DNA of 28,128 bases from contig CACXFZ010000138.1 in assembly GCA_902767025.1 (NCBI GenBank), forward strand, positions 1-28,128, given 5' to 3'. Of this stretch, positions 1 to 9,459 are shown in pieces; position 1 is the stretch's first letter, and each line of letters begins with the position of its first letter. The notes beneath the pieces are model-generated. The model ran no database searches, was not told the DNA's origin, and saw only the letters and a list, made by a program, of their open reading frames with translations. The translations under genes and the position numbers were made by a program. Source of the stretch: an uncultured Coriobacteriaceae bacterium (GTDB lineage Bacteria; Actinomycetota; Coriobacteriia; Coriobacteriales; Eggerthellaceae).

Positions 1-50
1 CGGGCCTGTATTGCCCAAAAAGCGTTGCGCCTACCTCGAAAGATAAGAGT

Positions 51-59
51 TGTTAGAAT
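51..59 (+). promoter_or_regulatory. Candidate extended -10 promoter (TGtTAGAAT)
   Basis: TG-n-TAGAAT at 51-59 in an AT-rich stretch. No good -35 at 17 bp and no credible downstream plus-strand gene. Confidence 0.35.
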
Positions 60-88
60 GTGTTGCAGTTACTTTGCAACGTTACCGC

Positions 89-240
89 TGGCAAGAAAAC
101 GAGTTTTTGTCATTCCTGTCTGCTCCGGCTGGCCATAGAAATGACTTATAGCATTCATCCTGTTGAGTAACGTGTATTATTATCTGCAGAACGGTTCTCT
201 GAAACGGGATTGCGAATGACAAAAACTCGTTTTCTTGCCA
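89..240. repeat. 152-bp element bounded by perfect 27-bp inverted repeats (MITE-like or invertible segment)
   Basis: 89-115 TGGCAAGAAAACGAGTTTTTGTCATTC is the exact reverse complement of 214-240. The spacer is 98 bp and the ends are TG...CA. Confidence 0.85.
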
Positions 241-319
241 CGAATCGCGAAATCATCCAAGAAAACCTCGAACACGGGGTTGCGCGGCACGCGAGGCCTG
301 CTCCTTCCCGCATAAAAGG

Positions 320-345
320 AAGCCCCGCCTGTGTGGGCGGGGCTT
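320..345 (-). terminator. Intrinsic terminator of the ccm-galU operon
   Basis: Minus strand AAGCCCCGCCC-ACAC-AGGCGGGGCTT followed by CCTTTT, 7 nt after the galU stop. Confidence 0.85.
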
Positions 346-352
346 GGCAGGA

Positions 353-1159
353 CTACTTCCGGGCGAACAGCCTGTTGTTGGTGTCGAGCCACGATTCGAC
401 GGTGCCGGTATCGTAGCCGTCGTCGGGACCGATGACGAGCGCGTACATCTCCTCTTCGGCAAGCACGGCCTCCAGCGCGTCGGTGAGCTGGATCTCGCCG
501 CCCACACCCGGCTGCACGTCGGCCAGAAGCTCCATGACGCGCGGCGAGAGCAGGTAGCGGCCGAAAACGGTGAGGTTCGAGGGCGCCTCGTCGGCGGGCG
601 GCTTTTCCACGAGCCCGCTCACCTTCCACACATCGTCGGAGACCTGGGTGCCGTCGATGACGCCGAAGCGGCTCACCTGCTCCTGCGGCACGGGCAGCAC
701 TGCGATGACGCTGGCTCCCCCGTGCTCGTCGGACACCTGCTTCATGCGCACGAGCATCTGGTTGTCGGGAACGATCACATCGCCGAGCAGCACCATGAAA
801 GGCTCGCCGTCCATCTTCGGGGCGCCGCAGCGCACCGCATGGCCCAGGCCCAGCGGTTCGTCCTGGTAGACGAAGCTCACCGGCATGTTGCCCGTGTCAC
901 GCACGGCATCGGCGTAGGCGTCCTTGCCGCGCTCGCGCAGCGTCGCCTCCAGGTCGGGGTTCGGCGCGAAGTGGTCCTCGATCGCCTTCTTGTCGCGGCT
1001 GTTGATGATGACGACCTCGTCGGCGCCCGACGCCAGGCCCTCCTCGACCACGTATTGGATCACCGGGCGGTCGACGACCAGCAGCATTTCCTTGGGTACG
1101 GCTTTCGTGGCGGGCAGGAATCGAGTGCCCATGCCGGCGGCGGGAATCAGTGCTTTCAT
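353..1159 (-). CDS. galU: UTP--glucose-1-phosphate uridylyltransferase
   Basis: MKALIPAAGMGTRFLPATKAVPKEML signature, Q..PLGLGHAV, VEKP, GGEIQLTDA. RBS AAGGAG. Confidence 0.93.
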   Translation of the reverse strand: MKALIPAAGMGTRFLPATKAVPKEMLLVVDRPVIQYVVEEGLASGADEVVIINSRDKKAIEDHFAPNPDLEATLRERGKDAYADAVRDTGNMPVSFVYQDEPLGLGHAVRCGAPKMDGEPFMVLLGDVIVPDNQMLVRMKQVSDEHGGASVIAVLPVPQEQVSRFGVIDGTQVSDDVWKVSGLVEKPPADEAPSNLTVFGRYLLSPRVMELLADVQPGVGGEIQLTDALEAVLAEEEMYALVIGPDDGYDTGTVESWLDTNNRLFARK

Positions 1160-1169
1160 GCTTTGCTCC

Positions 1170-1379
1170 TTACTGCTTGCGGATCTGGTCGGTCAAATCG
1201 TCTTGGCGCGACGCGAGTGTGGACTCGAGGACGGCGAGCTGCGCTTCGGTCCTCTTCAGTCGCGACAGCGCGAACACCACGAACACGCACAGGGCGGCCC
1301 ACATCAGGGCGTAGGCTGCGATCACGTACGGCGCAGACGGGATGATGGTTGCGTAGATCTGCTCGAGAATGGGATTCAT
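1170..1379 (-). CDS. ccmD: Small membrane protein, CcmD-like heme exporter subunit
   Basis: 69 aa, one hydrophobic helix (YVIAAYALMWAALCVFVVFAL) then a charged coiled-coil tail. Lies directly after ccmC. RBS AAGGAG. Confidence 0.65.
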   Translation of the reverse strand: MNPILEQIYATIIPSAPYVIAAYALMWAALCVFVVFALSRLKRTEAQLAVLESTLASRQDDLTDQIRKQ

Positions 1380-1419
1380 GGTTCTTCTCCTTCAAACCTC
1401 AGGTTGTGGGCGGTACGGG

Positions 1420-2184
1420 CTATTCGTCGATTTCGCGCTTGATGGCGTCAACCTCTTGCGCCATCGTTTCGGTGCGCAGGCGCAGGCGGTACAGCGCAAA
1501 CGCGATGCAGAACATGCCGAACATGCTCAGCAGCAGCGGCACGAGCATGTCGGGCGACAAACCCGAATCGGTGCGGAACACCACGGGATGAACGCTCGAG
1601 GGAATGAGCCGCGTGATCATGAAGCAGATGGGCACGTCGATGAACGTGATGATGCCGAACACGCTTGCGTAGGTGGCGCGGCGCTCGGGCTCGTCGACGG
1701 CGGTGCGCAGGATGAAGTAGGCGAACACCAGCAGCATCAGAATGAAGTAGGTGGTAAGCCGCGGCTCCCAGGTCCACCACACGCCCCACTCGAAGCGCTC
1801 CCACATCTCGCCCGAGAACATCGTCATGATGATGAACAGCAGGGCGATCTCGGTCGCGAGCTTCGCGCGCAGGTCATAGCGCGCATCGCGCGTGGTCAGG
1901 AAGCGGATTCCGAACCATGCCGTGAAAGCCAGGGCGACCATGCTTGTGACGGCCGCCGGCATGTGGAAGTAGAAGATCTTCTGGCTGAACAGCAGCTGAT
2001 TCGACACCATCTGCCCGCCGATCATCTCGACGCCGTCGACCGACGCGCCGTTCACGGGAGCCGCCAGCACGAATGCCAGGATGAAGCCCAGCGTGGAAAG
2101 CAGCGCTCCGATCAGGCCCACAGCCGAGGCATAGCGGTCAAGCCCCTGCCCCACCGCGAGCTTCTTGTCTAGGTCTTTTGCCAT
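1420..2184 (-). CDS. ccmC: Heme exporter protein C
   Basis: WGVWWTWEPRLTT tryptophan-rich (WWD) motif flanked by His in FYFHMP and SVHP. Multiple TM helices. Confidence 0.93.
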   Translation of the reverse strand: MAKDLDKKLAVGQGLDRYASAVGLIGALLSTLGFILAFVLAAPVNGASVDGVEMIGGQMVSNQLLFSQKIFYFHMPAAVTSMVALAFTAWFGIRFLTTRDARYDLRAKLATEIALLFIIMTMFSGEMWERFEWGVWWTWEPRLTTYFILMLLVFAYFILRTAVDEPERRATYASVFGIITFIDVPICFMITRLIPSSVHPVVFRTDSGLSPDMLVPLLLSMFGMFCIAFALYRLRLRTETMAQEVDAIKREIDE

Positions 2185-2238
2185 CTTGGTCCCTTCTTCT
2201 TATGCAGCCAAGCCCCTAGTAGCCTAGCCTAACTAATG

Positions 2239-2940
2239 CTAAGCGCTCACGACGAAGTCGTAAAGCACCCAGGAAAGCAACACCATGATCACGTCGTAGC
2301 CGGCTGCCAGCAGCAAGGCGTTCAGGTACACGCCTTCGATGTCGCCCCCGGCCACAACCACCGTCGTGGCGGAAACGCACGCATAGAGCAGCGGGTAGAC
2401 CAGCGGGATGAACAGCACGGCCAGAAGCACGTCCTTGCCCCGCGTGTTCACCGTGATCGTGGACAGCAGGGTTCCGATGCCGGCGATGCCGATGGTGCCC
2501 ACCAGCAAAGGCAGCAGCAGCATCGGCCAAGTGGATGCCGGCTGGGTCGTGGTCAGGAAGAAGAAGTAGAACAGGGGAAGCACGACCACCTCCACCACGA
2601 GCAAGAACAGCAGATTGCTGGTCGCCTTTGCCAAGAACACCACGCTGCGGTCGAGCGGCACCAGCATGATGCCTTCCAAACACCCGTTTTCCTTTTCGTG
2701 GGAAAACGACCGGTTCAACCCCAGCAGGCTGGTGAACACGATGAGAGCCCACAGCAAGCCGCCGCTCATCTGCAGCACGTCGAACTGGCGGGCCGTCTGC
2801 GACAGGGCGGCGCCGTAGACCACCAGCACCAGCAGGGCGTAGATGCCCATCGAGCTGAGCATGTCCTTGGTGCGAAACTCGCGCTGCAAGTCCTTGCGCA
2901 GCAGCGTCACGTACTGCTGAAACGTCGACGGCTTGTTCAT
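2239..2940 (-). CDS. ccmB: Heme exporter protein B (alternative GTG start at 2952)
   Basis: About 6 TM helices, E.ENGCLEGIMLVP.DRS.VFLAK and LFIPLVYP motifs. Lies between ccmA and ccmC. Confidence 0.88.
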   Translation of the reverse strand: MNKPSTFQQYVTLLRKDLQREFRTKDMLSSMGIYALLVLVVYGAALSQTARQFDVLQMSGGLLWALIVFTSLLGLNRSFSHEKENGCLEGIMLVPLDRSVVFLAKATSNLLFLLVVEVVVLPLFYFFFLTTTQPASTWPMLLLPLLVGTIGIAGIGTLLSTITVNTRGKDVLLAVLFIPLVYPLLYACVSATTVVVAGGDIEGVYLNALLLAAGYDVIMVLLSWVLYDFVVSA

Positions 2941-2955
2941 GCGGACGGCCACGGC

Positions 2956-3708
<753 letters not shown>

Positions 3709-3714
3709 GATACG

Positions 3715-6009
3715 CTAGGAGCCTTCCGTTTCCCGCGCATCGTCTTGCGCGGGTTCGTCTCCGGCGGGGTCTTCTTGCGCGGGTTCGCTTTCAACCGGCT
3801 CGCCCTCGGCAGGCTCGTCCTGTGCGGCATCGCAAGGGTCGTCGCAGGCTTCCGGCAGCGCCTCCGCTTCGTCGCCCTTGGGCTTGCGCCTACCCAGTGC
3901 GGCAATGGCGATACCCAGCATCAGCAGGCCGAAGCCGGCCCACACGAACCCGATGAGCGGGTTCACGCGCACATCCACGCTGAAGTGCCCGATGCTGTTC
4001 ACGCCCTTGTACACCACGAACAGATCGTGCGTGGGCATGGAGATGATGCCCGCGTTGCTCTTCGTCTGCTGGGTGTCCTTGACCATTTCCATGCTGGGCG
4101 TCACGTGGCCCACGTACTCGTCGCCCCGGTAGACGTCGAACTCGACGGTGTAGTGCATGTTGCGCCCATCGTCGGCGATGTTGTTGGACGTGTAGCGCAG
4201 GGTGTAGCCGCCAGCCGTGAACGGCGCCGCCGTATCGCTGGTCGCCTCGTATTCGATATAACCCGAGCGCTCGGTGATGAACATCGACGAGCCGATCAGG
4301 CCGATCAGAATCACGCCGATGCCCACATGGGCGATGTAGCCACCCACCGTGGACACATGGCCGGGAATCATCTTGAACAGGGCCACGGGCGTGCTCACGC
4401 CATGCGACTTGCCCCAGGCGGAGGCCCGGCAGCCCATCATGTACAGCGAGTTGAATATCACCAGGCTGGCCACTGCGAAGCCCACGGCCGCAAGGCCCTT
4501 GTAGTACCAGGCAGGGCCTTCGCTCGCCAGGCCTTCGGCCTTCGTTCCACCCGCCGCGATTGCCATGTCGTAGGCGGGCCACAGCGTGGTGACCAGGTAG
4601 ACCATCAGCACTGCGAACAAGATGCCCGCCAAGATTGCGGGAATCTTGGCGCGCTTGAAGAACTGCTTGCGCGAGGTGGTCGCCCAGCTCAGCAGGGGGC
4701 ACACCGCCAGCACCAGGCAGTACAGCACGCCCAGCGGACGCGCCACGGCGTTGTACGTGCCCGCCGACAGCGACGAGCCGCCGAACGGCAGCCAGCTGGG
4801 CAGCGCGCTCGACACCGTCAGGTAGCACACCAGGAACGCGAAGACCACCATGATCACGTTGTTGAAGTAATACGCGGCATCGCGCGACATCAGGCTTCCC
4901 AGCTCTTCGTCGCTCGCGTCGGCCGGTGCGAACGCCTTCCAGCGCGTGATCACGCCACCGGCGACAACCACCAGCGACAGCACGATGAGCGCACCGAACA
5001 GGTAGAGCGACACCGGATCGCCCGTGAACGCATGGACCGATTCGATCAGACCCGAACGGGCGATGAAGGTTCCCGTGATGACGAAGGAGAAGGCAAGCGC
5101 CGCGCACATGATGGACCAGCGCTTGAACGCACCGCGCTGGCGGTACACGGTCATGCTGTGGATCAGGGCCAGGCCCACCAGCCACGGCAGCAGGCTCGCG
5201 TTCTCGACCGCGTCCCAGCCCCAGTAGCCGCCCCAGCCGAGCACCACGTAGGCCCACACAGCGCCCAAGCCGATGCCTATGCCGAGGAACCACCAGGAAA
5301 ACAGCGTGTAACGCTGCGAACGGACCACCCACGCGTCGCTGGTGTCGTTGACCACCAGCGTGGCAATGGCATAGGCGAACGGCACCGTCATGCCGGCATA
5401 GCCGATGAACAGCGCCGGCGGGTGCACGGCCATTGCCCAGTGCTCGAGCAGGGCGTTCATTCCCCACAAGGCGGCGGCCCCCGTGAGGTTGCCGTCCGCA
5501 TCGAAGTACTTGGGGTCCATCGCCACGAAGGGGCTGTTGTCTTCCGAGAAGAGCATGATGCCCAAGAAACCGGCGAGCACGGCCATCATAACGATCAGGG
5601 CCACGCTGTCCAGGCGCTCGAGCTTGCGCATGTTGCGCACGGCCATCACCACGCCGAACACCGAAATCAGCCAGGCCCAGAACATCAGCGAGCCCTCGCG
5701 GCCCTCCCACAGGCCGGCCACACGGTAGAACGTGCCCAAGGGTCCCTGGTTGTGGCTGGTGCCCTTCACGACGTATTCGATGCTCGTGTCGCCCGTGACG
5801 AAGCAGTAGACCATCAGCAGGCAGCAGAACGTGAGTGCCGCGAACGCGACGATCGCGCCCACGTGCCCGGCCCACGTCAGCATGGAGCCTTTGCCTTCTT
5901 CCTTGTTCCTGGCGGCAGACGAGCTCAGCAGGCCCGCCAGCAGGCACACGACCGAAACGACGATGCCCGCAAACGAGATGAGCAGGCCGATCAATCCCAC
6001 AGCGGCCAT
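3715..6009 (-). CDS. ccmF: Cytochrome c synthase / heme lyase CcmF with acidic C-terminal tail
   Basis: WGGYWGWDAVENASLLPW motif. Conserved His in AVHPP, LIHS, SVHAF and AHVG. WEGREGSL motif. Many TM helices. Confidence 0.94.
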   Translation of the reverse strand: MAAVGLIGLLISFAGIVVSVVCLLAGLLSSSAARNKEEGKGSMLTWAGHVGAIVAFAALTFCCLLMVYCFVTGDTSIEYVVKGTSHNQGPLGTFYRVAGLWEGREGSLMFWAWLISVFGVVMAVRNMRKLERLDSVALIVMMAVLAGFLGIMLFSEDNSPFVAMDPKYFDADGNLTGAAALWGMNALLEHWAMAVHPPALFIGYAGMTVPFAYAIATLVVNDTSDAWVVRSQRYTLFSWWFLGIGIGLGAVWAYVVLGWGGYWGWDAVENASLLPWLVGLALIHSMTVYRQRGAFKRWSIMCAALAFSFVITGTFIARSGLIESVHAFTGDPVSLYLFGALIVLSLVVVAGGVITRWKAFAPADASDEELGSLMSRDAAYYFNNVIMVVFAFLVCYLTVSSALPSWLPFGGSSLSAGTYNAVARPLGVLYCLVLAVCPLLSWATTSRKQFFKRAKIPAILAGILFAVLMVYLVTTLWPAYDMAIAAGGTKAEGLASEGPAWYYKGLAAVGFAVASLVIFNSLYMMGCRASAWGKSHGVSTPVALFKMIPGHVSTVGGYIAHVGIGVILIGLIGSSMFITERSGYIEYEATSDTAAPFTAGGYTLRYTSNNIADDGRNMHYTVEFDVYRGDEYVGHVTPSMEMVKDTQQTKSNAGIISMPTHDLFVVYKGVNSIGHFSVDVRVNPLIGFVWAGFGLLMLGIAIAALGRRKPKGDEAEALPEACDDPCDAAQDEPAEGEPVESEPAQEDPAGDEPAQDDARETEGS

Positions 6010-6012
6010 GGA

Positions 6013-6693
6013 CTACTCCTCGATGGAGACGTTGGTGGCGCAGAACATGCCCTGCTTGTTCATGTTGCCGGTGAGCACCAGCTTCGCGCCGTCGGCGATG
6101 GTGTCATCCGAAAGCGCACCGTCGAATGCGACACCGACTTTGACGGAGGCATCTGTGCCGTCAGCCAGCTGGAAGCGCTCGTCGGAACCGGCAGCGCGCT
6201 GCGTGCCGGGCACCACCGTGCCGCGAACCTTCACCGGCTTGTCGACGATCGCATCGCCGTAATCCAGCATCCGAGCAACCTCCAGCGCCTCCGTGCCGCT
6301 TTCGTACTTGCTGGGGCACTTGGTCACCAGCTCGTTGCAGCGCAACACGCCGTCGTCGCCGATCTTGCCCGTGCAGATGGCGGTCACGTCGTTTCCGAAC
6401 GTTGCCGAAACGCCGCCTTCGTACACCACGTCGAGCGTGATGTCCTGCTTGTCCTGCTCGGCCTCGGAATCGTAGATCTTGAAGCTGATCGCATCCTCGC
6501 TGGTCTCGTAGGAATTTGCGACCACGTTGCCCGTCACCTGGATGCGCTGGTCGTTGAATTCACCGCTTGCCGCCTGCTCCAGGCTGATGGCCTTAGCGGC
6601 GCTTCCGCCTCCCACCACTGCCAAGATGACGGCAAGCACCATCACGATGGCGATCGTCACGATGATAAGACGTTTCTTCGTTGCTGCGTTCAC
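6013..6693 (-). CDS. ccmE: Heme chaperone CcmE, CxxxY type, with a second OB-fold-like domain (GTG start at 6693 preferred; ORF open to TTG 6732)
   Basis: N-terminal TM anchor, IQVTGNV...V.YEGGVSATFG....ICTG, then LVTKCPSKY heme-attachment motif. GAGG upstream of GTG 6693. Confidence 0.85.
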   Translation of the reverse strand: MNAATKKRLIIVTIAIVMVLAVILAVVGGGSAAKAISLEQAASGEFNDQRIQVTGNVVANSYETSEDAISFKIYDSEAEQDKQDITLDVVYEGGVSATFGNDVTAICTGKIGDDGVLRCNELVTKCPSKYESGTEALEVARMLDYGDAIVDKPVKVRGTVVPGTQRAAGSDERFQLADGTDASVKVGVAFDGALSDDTIADGAKLVLTGNMNKQGMFCATNVSIEE

Positions 6694-6738
6694 GCTTCCT
6701 CGCTTTCGATTGTCACGTCGCTTATTGTTCAAACGTAT

Positions 6739-6747
6739 ATTCTGCCA
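6739..6747 (-). promoter_or_regulatory. Candidate extended -10 for the ccm operon (TGgCAGAAT)
   Basis: Minus strand TG-g-CAGAAT, about 45 nt upstream of the ccmE GTG. Confidence 0.4.
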
Positions 6748-6878
6748 CAGAACCCCATAGCGAACAGGACAGTTGGGAAAGAAGCCATAAGACGGCTTTT
6801 CGACGCGTCACCTGCGGCTATGCACCCCACACCGGCGCCCCGCACTGTGCGCGATTCCCGAATTCTTGCCCCTGGTGT

Positions 6879-6907
6879 TTGACAACCGCCACGCATACAG
6901 GCACAAT
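6879..6907 (+). promoter_or_regulatory. Sigma-70-type promoter of tRNA-Ala
   Basis: TTGACA (6879-6884), N17, CACAAT (6902-6907), 30 nt upstream of the tRNA. Confidence 0.75.
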
Positions 6908-6937
6908 ACCTTCTGCCGCGCATGCGGCAACAGCCTC

Positions 6938-7013
6938 GGGGATGTAGCTCAGTTGGGAGAGCGCAGCGTTCGCAACGCTGAGGCCGTGGGTTCGATCCCC
7001 ATCATCTCCACCA
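6938..7013 (+). tRNA. tRNA-Ala (anticodon CGC)
   Basis: GGGGATG acceptor stem with G3:U70, TAGCTCAGTTGGGAGAGC D-arm, CAGCG-TTCGCAA-CGCTG anticodon arm, GGTTCGATCC T-loop, encoded CCA. 76 nt. Confidence 0.97.
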
Positions 7014-7021
7014 TATCTGTT

Positions 7022-7047
7022 ACGCCGTTCTAACGAACGGCGTTTTT
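7022..7047 (+). terminator. Intrinsic terminator after tRNA-Ala
   Basis: ACGCCGTTC-TAAC-GAACGGCGT followed by TTTT. Confidence 0.88.
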
Positions 7048-7320
7048 CGTTTGAGGCGCTGCGACGCTGCGCGCACACCTGGCGGCACGCTAGGCCCTAC
7101 CTGCGCTTGCGCGTGCGAAGCACAGCGCCGCGCTTGGAGCGGGCCTATCGCACTCGCCAGGCGCGTGCTCGCTGTTTCGCCATGGGTGATCTGCGGGCTT
7201 GAGATGCTGGCAAGTCAACCGGAATCAGGCGACCGACAGTCAGACCCCTGGTTCATGTTTTGACCGCTCCACACCATGCGGCCGGGACCGTGGGGAAACC
7301 ACCACACGTGGGGATTGGGG

Positions 7321-7935
7321 TTACTTTACGCGGGCCTGGGGGCAATGCTCGACAATGTAGTCGTAGACGAAGTCGTAGTCGTCTTTATCCACGTACACCT
7401 GGTTTTTGCCCAAGGGCTCGTTGACCTTGATGGTTTCGAACCGCCGCATGCCCTTGATGCTCTTCACACTGGCAAACGTAGACGACATCTGACTGCGCGC
7501 CGACGTGAGCCCGATGCCCACTTGCGTGGGGCTGCGGCCCGCAATGCCGGCGAGCACGTTGATCAGCGACACCACCTGGGCTTTCTTCACCTGCTTGTCG
7601 AATTGCCGATGCACCACGCCTTCCTCGTCCATCTCGAACAGCACGCAGTACACGCCACCCTGCATCGCGGCGTACAGGAAGTATCCCGCCAGGACAAGCC
7701 CCAGGAAGAACAGCACGAAGATGCCGGCCACACGCACCGTGTCCAGAACATCGCCCATGTCGCTGTACCCCTGCACGTATTCCTTGAACACCGCAGCAAG
7801 CATCAGCGCGAAGCCGATGGCCAGAAGGGCGCCGAAGATCTTGAGTATGGTAAACAGGATGACGGGGTTGCGGTACAGACTGAACTCGTACGCCCAGCGG
7901 TAGACGCCGTCTTCGCCTTTGGTGATGCCCGACAT
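7321..7935 (-). CDS. Hypothetical membrane protein (2 TM plus soluble C-terminal domain)
   Basis: 204 aa with GC-rich coding pattern, two hydrophobic segments, RBS GAAGGGGG and a candidate extended -10 (TGgTATCCT, 7973-7981). No family recognised. Confidence 0.75.
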   Translation of the reverse strand: MSGITKGEDGVYRWAYEFSLYRNPVILFTILKIFGALLAIGFALMLAAVFKEYVQGYSDMGDVLDTVRVAGIFVLFFLGLVLAGYFLYAAMQGGVYCVLFEMDEEGVVHRQFDKQVKKAQVVSLINVLAGIAGRSPTQVGIGLTSARSQMSSTFASVKSIKGMRRFETIKVNEPLGKNQVYVDKDDYDFVYDYIVEHCPQARVK

Positions 7936-7983
7936 GCAAACCCCCTTCTTCGTTTACTGATGAAGGAAGTTCAGGATACCACG

Positions 7984-8763
7984 CTAGTCTTCGTAGCGAT
8001 TCAGGAACGCCTTCGTGCGGTTGTGCTGGGGGTTGTTGATCACCTGGTCGGGAGTACCCTGCTCCACGATGACCCCGCCGTCGATGAACCCGATATGGTC
8101 GGCCACATCGCGCGCGAACGCCATCTCGTGCGTGACGATCACCATCGTCATATGCTGCTCGGCAAGGTTGCGGATGACCTTGAGCACTTCCTGGGTGAGT
8201 TCGGGGTCGAGCGCGCTGGTGGGCTCGTCGAAGTACAGGATCTCGGGGTTCATGCACAGGGCGCGTGCGATGGACACGCGCTGCTGCTGGCCACCGGAAA
8301 GCTCGCAGGGCACCTTGTTCTCGTTGCCTTCCAGCCCCATGCGTGCCAACAGGCCGCGCGCCTGCTCTTCCACTTCCGCGCGCGGACGCTTCTGCACGTT
8401 GATCGGCGCGTCCATGATGTTCTTCATCACGGAGTAATGCGGGAACAGGTTGTAGTTCTGGAACACCAGCCCGAAGCGCAAGCGGGCTTCCTTGAGCACG
8501 TCCTTGCCGCCGTAGACCGCCGTGCCGTCCTTGTCCTCGGCCACGACCAGGTCGCCGTAGCGCAAAGAACCTGCGTCGAAGCGGTCGAGCAGCGTGGCGC
8601 AGCGCAGCAGCGTGGACTTGCCTCCGCCCGACGCGCCGATGATGGCAACCACCTGCTTGGGCATGACCTCCAACGTGATGCCCTTGAGCACGTGGTTTCC
8701 TGCAAAGCTCTTGTGCACATCCCGTATGCTTACCAGCGGCTGGACGTCGGACACGACACACAC
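7984..8763 (-). CDS. Polar amino-acid ABC transporter ATP-binding protein (GlnQ family)
   Basis: GASGGGKST, LVFQNYNLFPH, LSGGQQQRVSIARAL, DEPTSALDPEL, VTHEM. Confidence 0.93.
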   Translation of the reverse strand: MCVVSDVQPLVSIRDVHKSFAGNHVLKGITLEVMPKQVVAIIGASGGGKSTLLRCATLLDRFDAGSLRYGDLVVAEDKDGTAVYGGKDVLKEARLRFGLVFQNYNLFPHYSVMKNIMDAPINVQKRPRAEVEEQARGLLARMGLEGNENKVPCELSGGQQQRVSIARALCMNPEILYFDEPTSALDPELTQEVLKVIRNLAEQHMTMVIVTHEMAFARDVADHIGFIDGGVIVEQGTPDQVINNPQHNRTKAFLNRYED

Positions 8764-8772
8764 ATCCTTACG

Positions 8773-9426
8773 TTAATCGTGGTAGTAGTCGAGCTTCTTT
8801 TCGGCACGGCTGAGCAGGAACTCGACCACCATCGTGAAGCCCCAGTAGATGGCCGCCGCGATGATGTAGGGCAGCATGCTCACCTGGCTGGCCGCGATGG
8901 CCTTGGCCTGCGTGAACATCTCCATCACTCCCAGCACGAAGGCCAGCGACGTGTCCTTCACCAGCGTGATGACCTCGTTGCCCATCGCAGGCAGGATGCG
9001 CTTGATCACCTGCGGCAGCACGATCTTCATAAACGTCTGGCTACGCGAATATCCCAGCACCTCGGCCGCCTCGTACTGCCCCCTGGGAATGCTCTGGATG
9101 CCGCTGCGGTAGATCTCGGCGAAGTAGGCGGCGTAGTTCAGAATGAAGCCGATGTCGCACGCCCAGAACTTCCAGTCACTGCCCAGCTCCAAACCCAGCA
9201 GGTAGTAGGGGCCGAACATCAGCGCCATCAGCTGCAGCATCAGCGGCGTGCCGCGCATGAACGAGATGTACGCCCGCGTGATCCAGGCCAGCGGCTTGAA
9301 GCTGCTCATGCGGCACAGCGCGATGATGACGCCCAACGGCAGGCTGCCGATGAGCGTCACCACGAAAATCTGAAGCGTCAGAATCAAGCCCGAGCCCAGA
9401 AGGCTCATCATAGTTGCAAATTCCAC
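8773..9426 (-). CDS. Polar amino-acid ABC transporter permease
   Basis: RGTPLMLQL, YAAYFAEIYRSGIQSIPRGQYEAA (EAA motif), LVKDTSL. Confidence 0.93.
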   Translation of the reverse strand: MEFATMMSLLGSGLILTLQIFVVTLIGSLPLGVIIALCRMSSFKPLAWITRAYISFMRGTPLMLQLMALMFGPYYLLGLELGSDWKFWACDIGFILNYAAYFAEIYRSGIQSIPRGQYEAAEVLGYSRSQTFMKIVLPQVIKRILPAMGNEVITLVKDTSLAFVLGVMEMFTQAKAIAASQVSMLPYIIAAAIYWGFTMVVEFLLSRAEKKLDYYHD

Positions 9427-9459
9427 GATGCTCCCGAATGCGTTACTGCGTACAAAACC

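Noticed and set aside
180-629. Short ORFs over the inverted-repeat element (180-629, 210-416, 253-507)
   Set aside because: They have no RBS or motifs, and they overlap galU, its terminator and the repeat arms.
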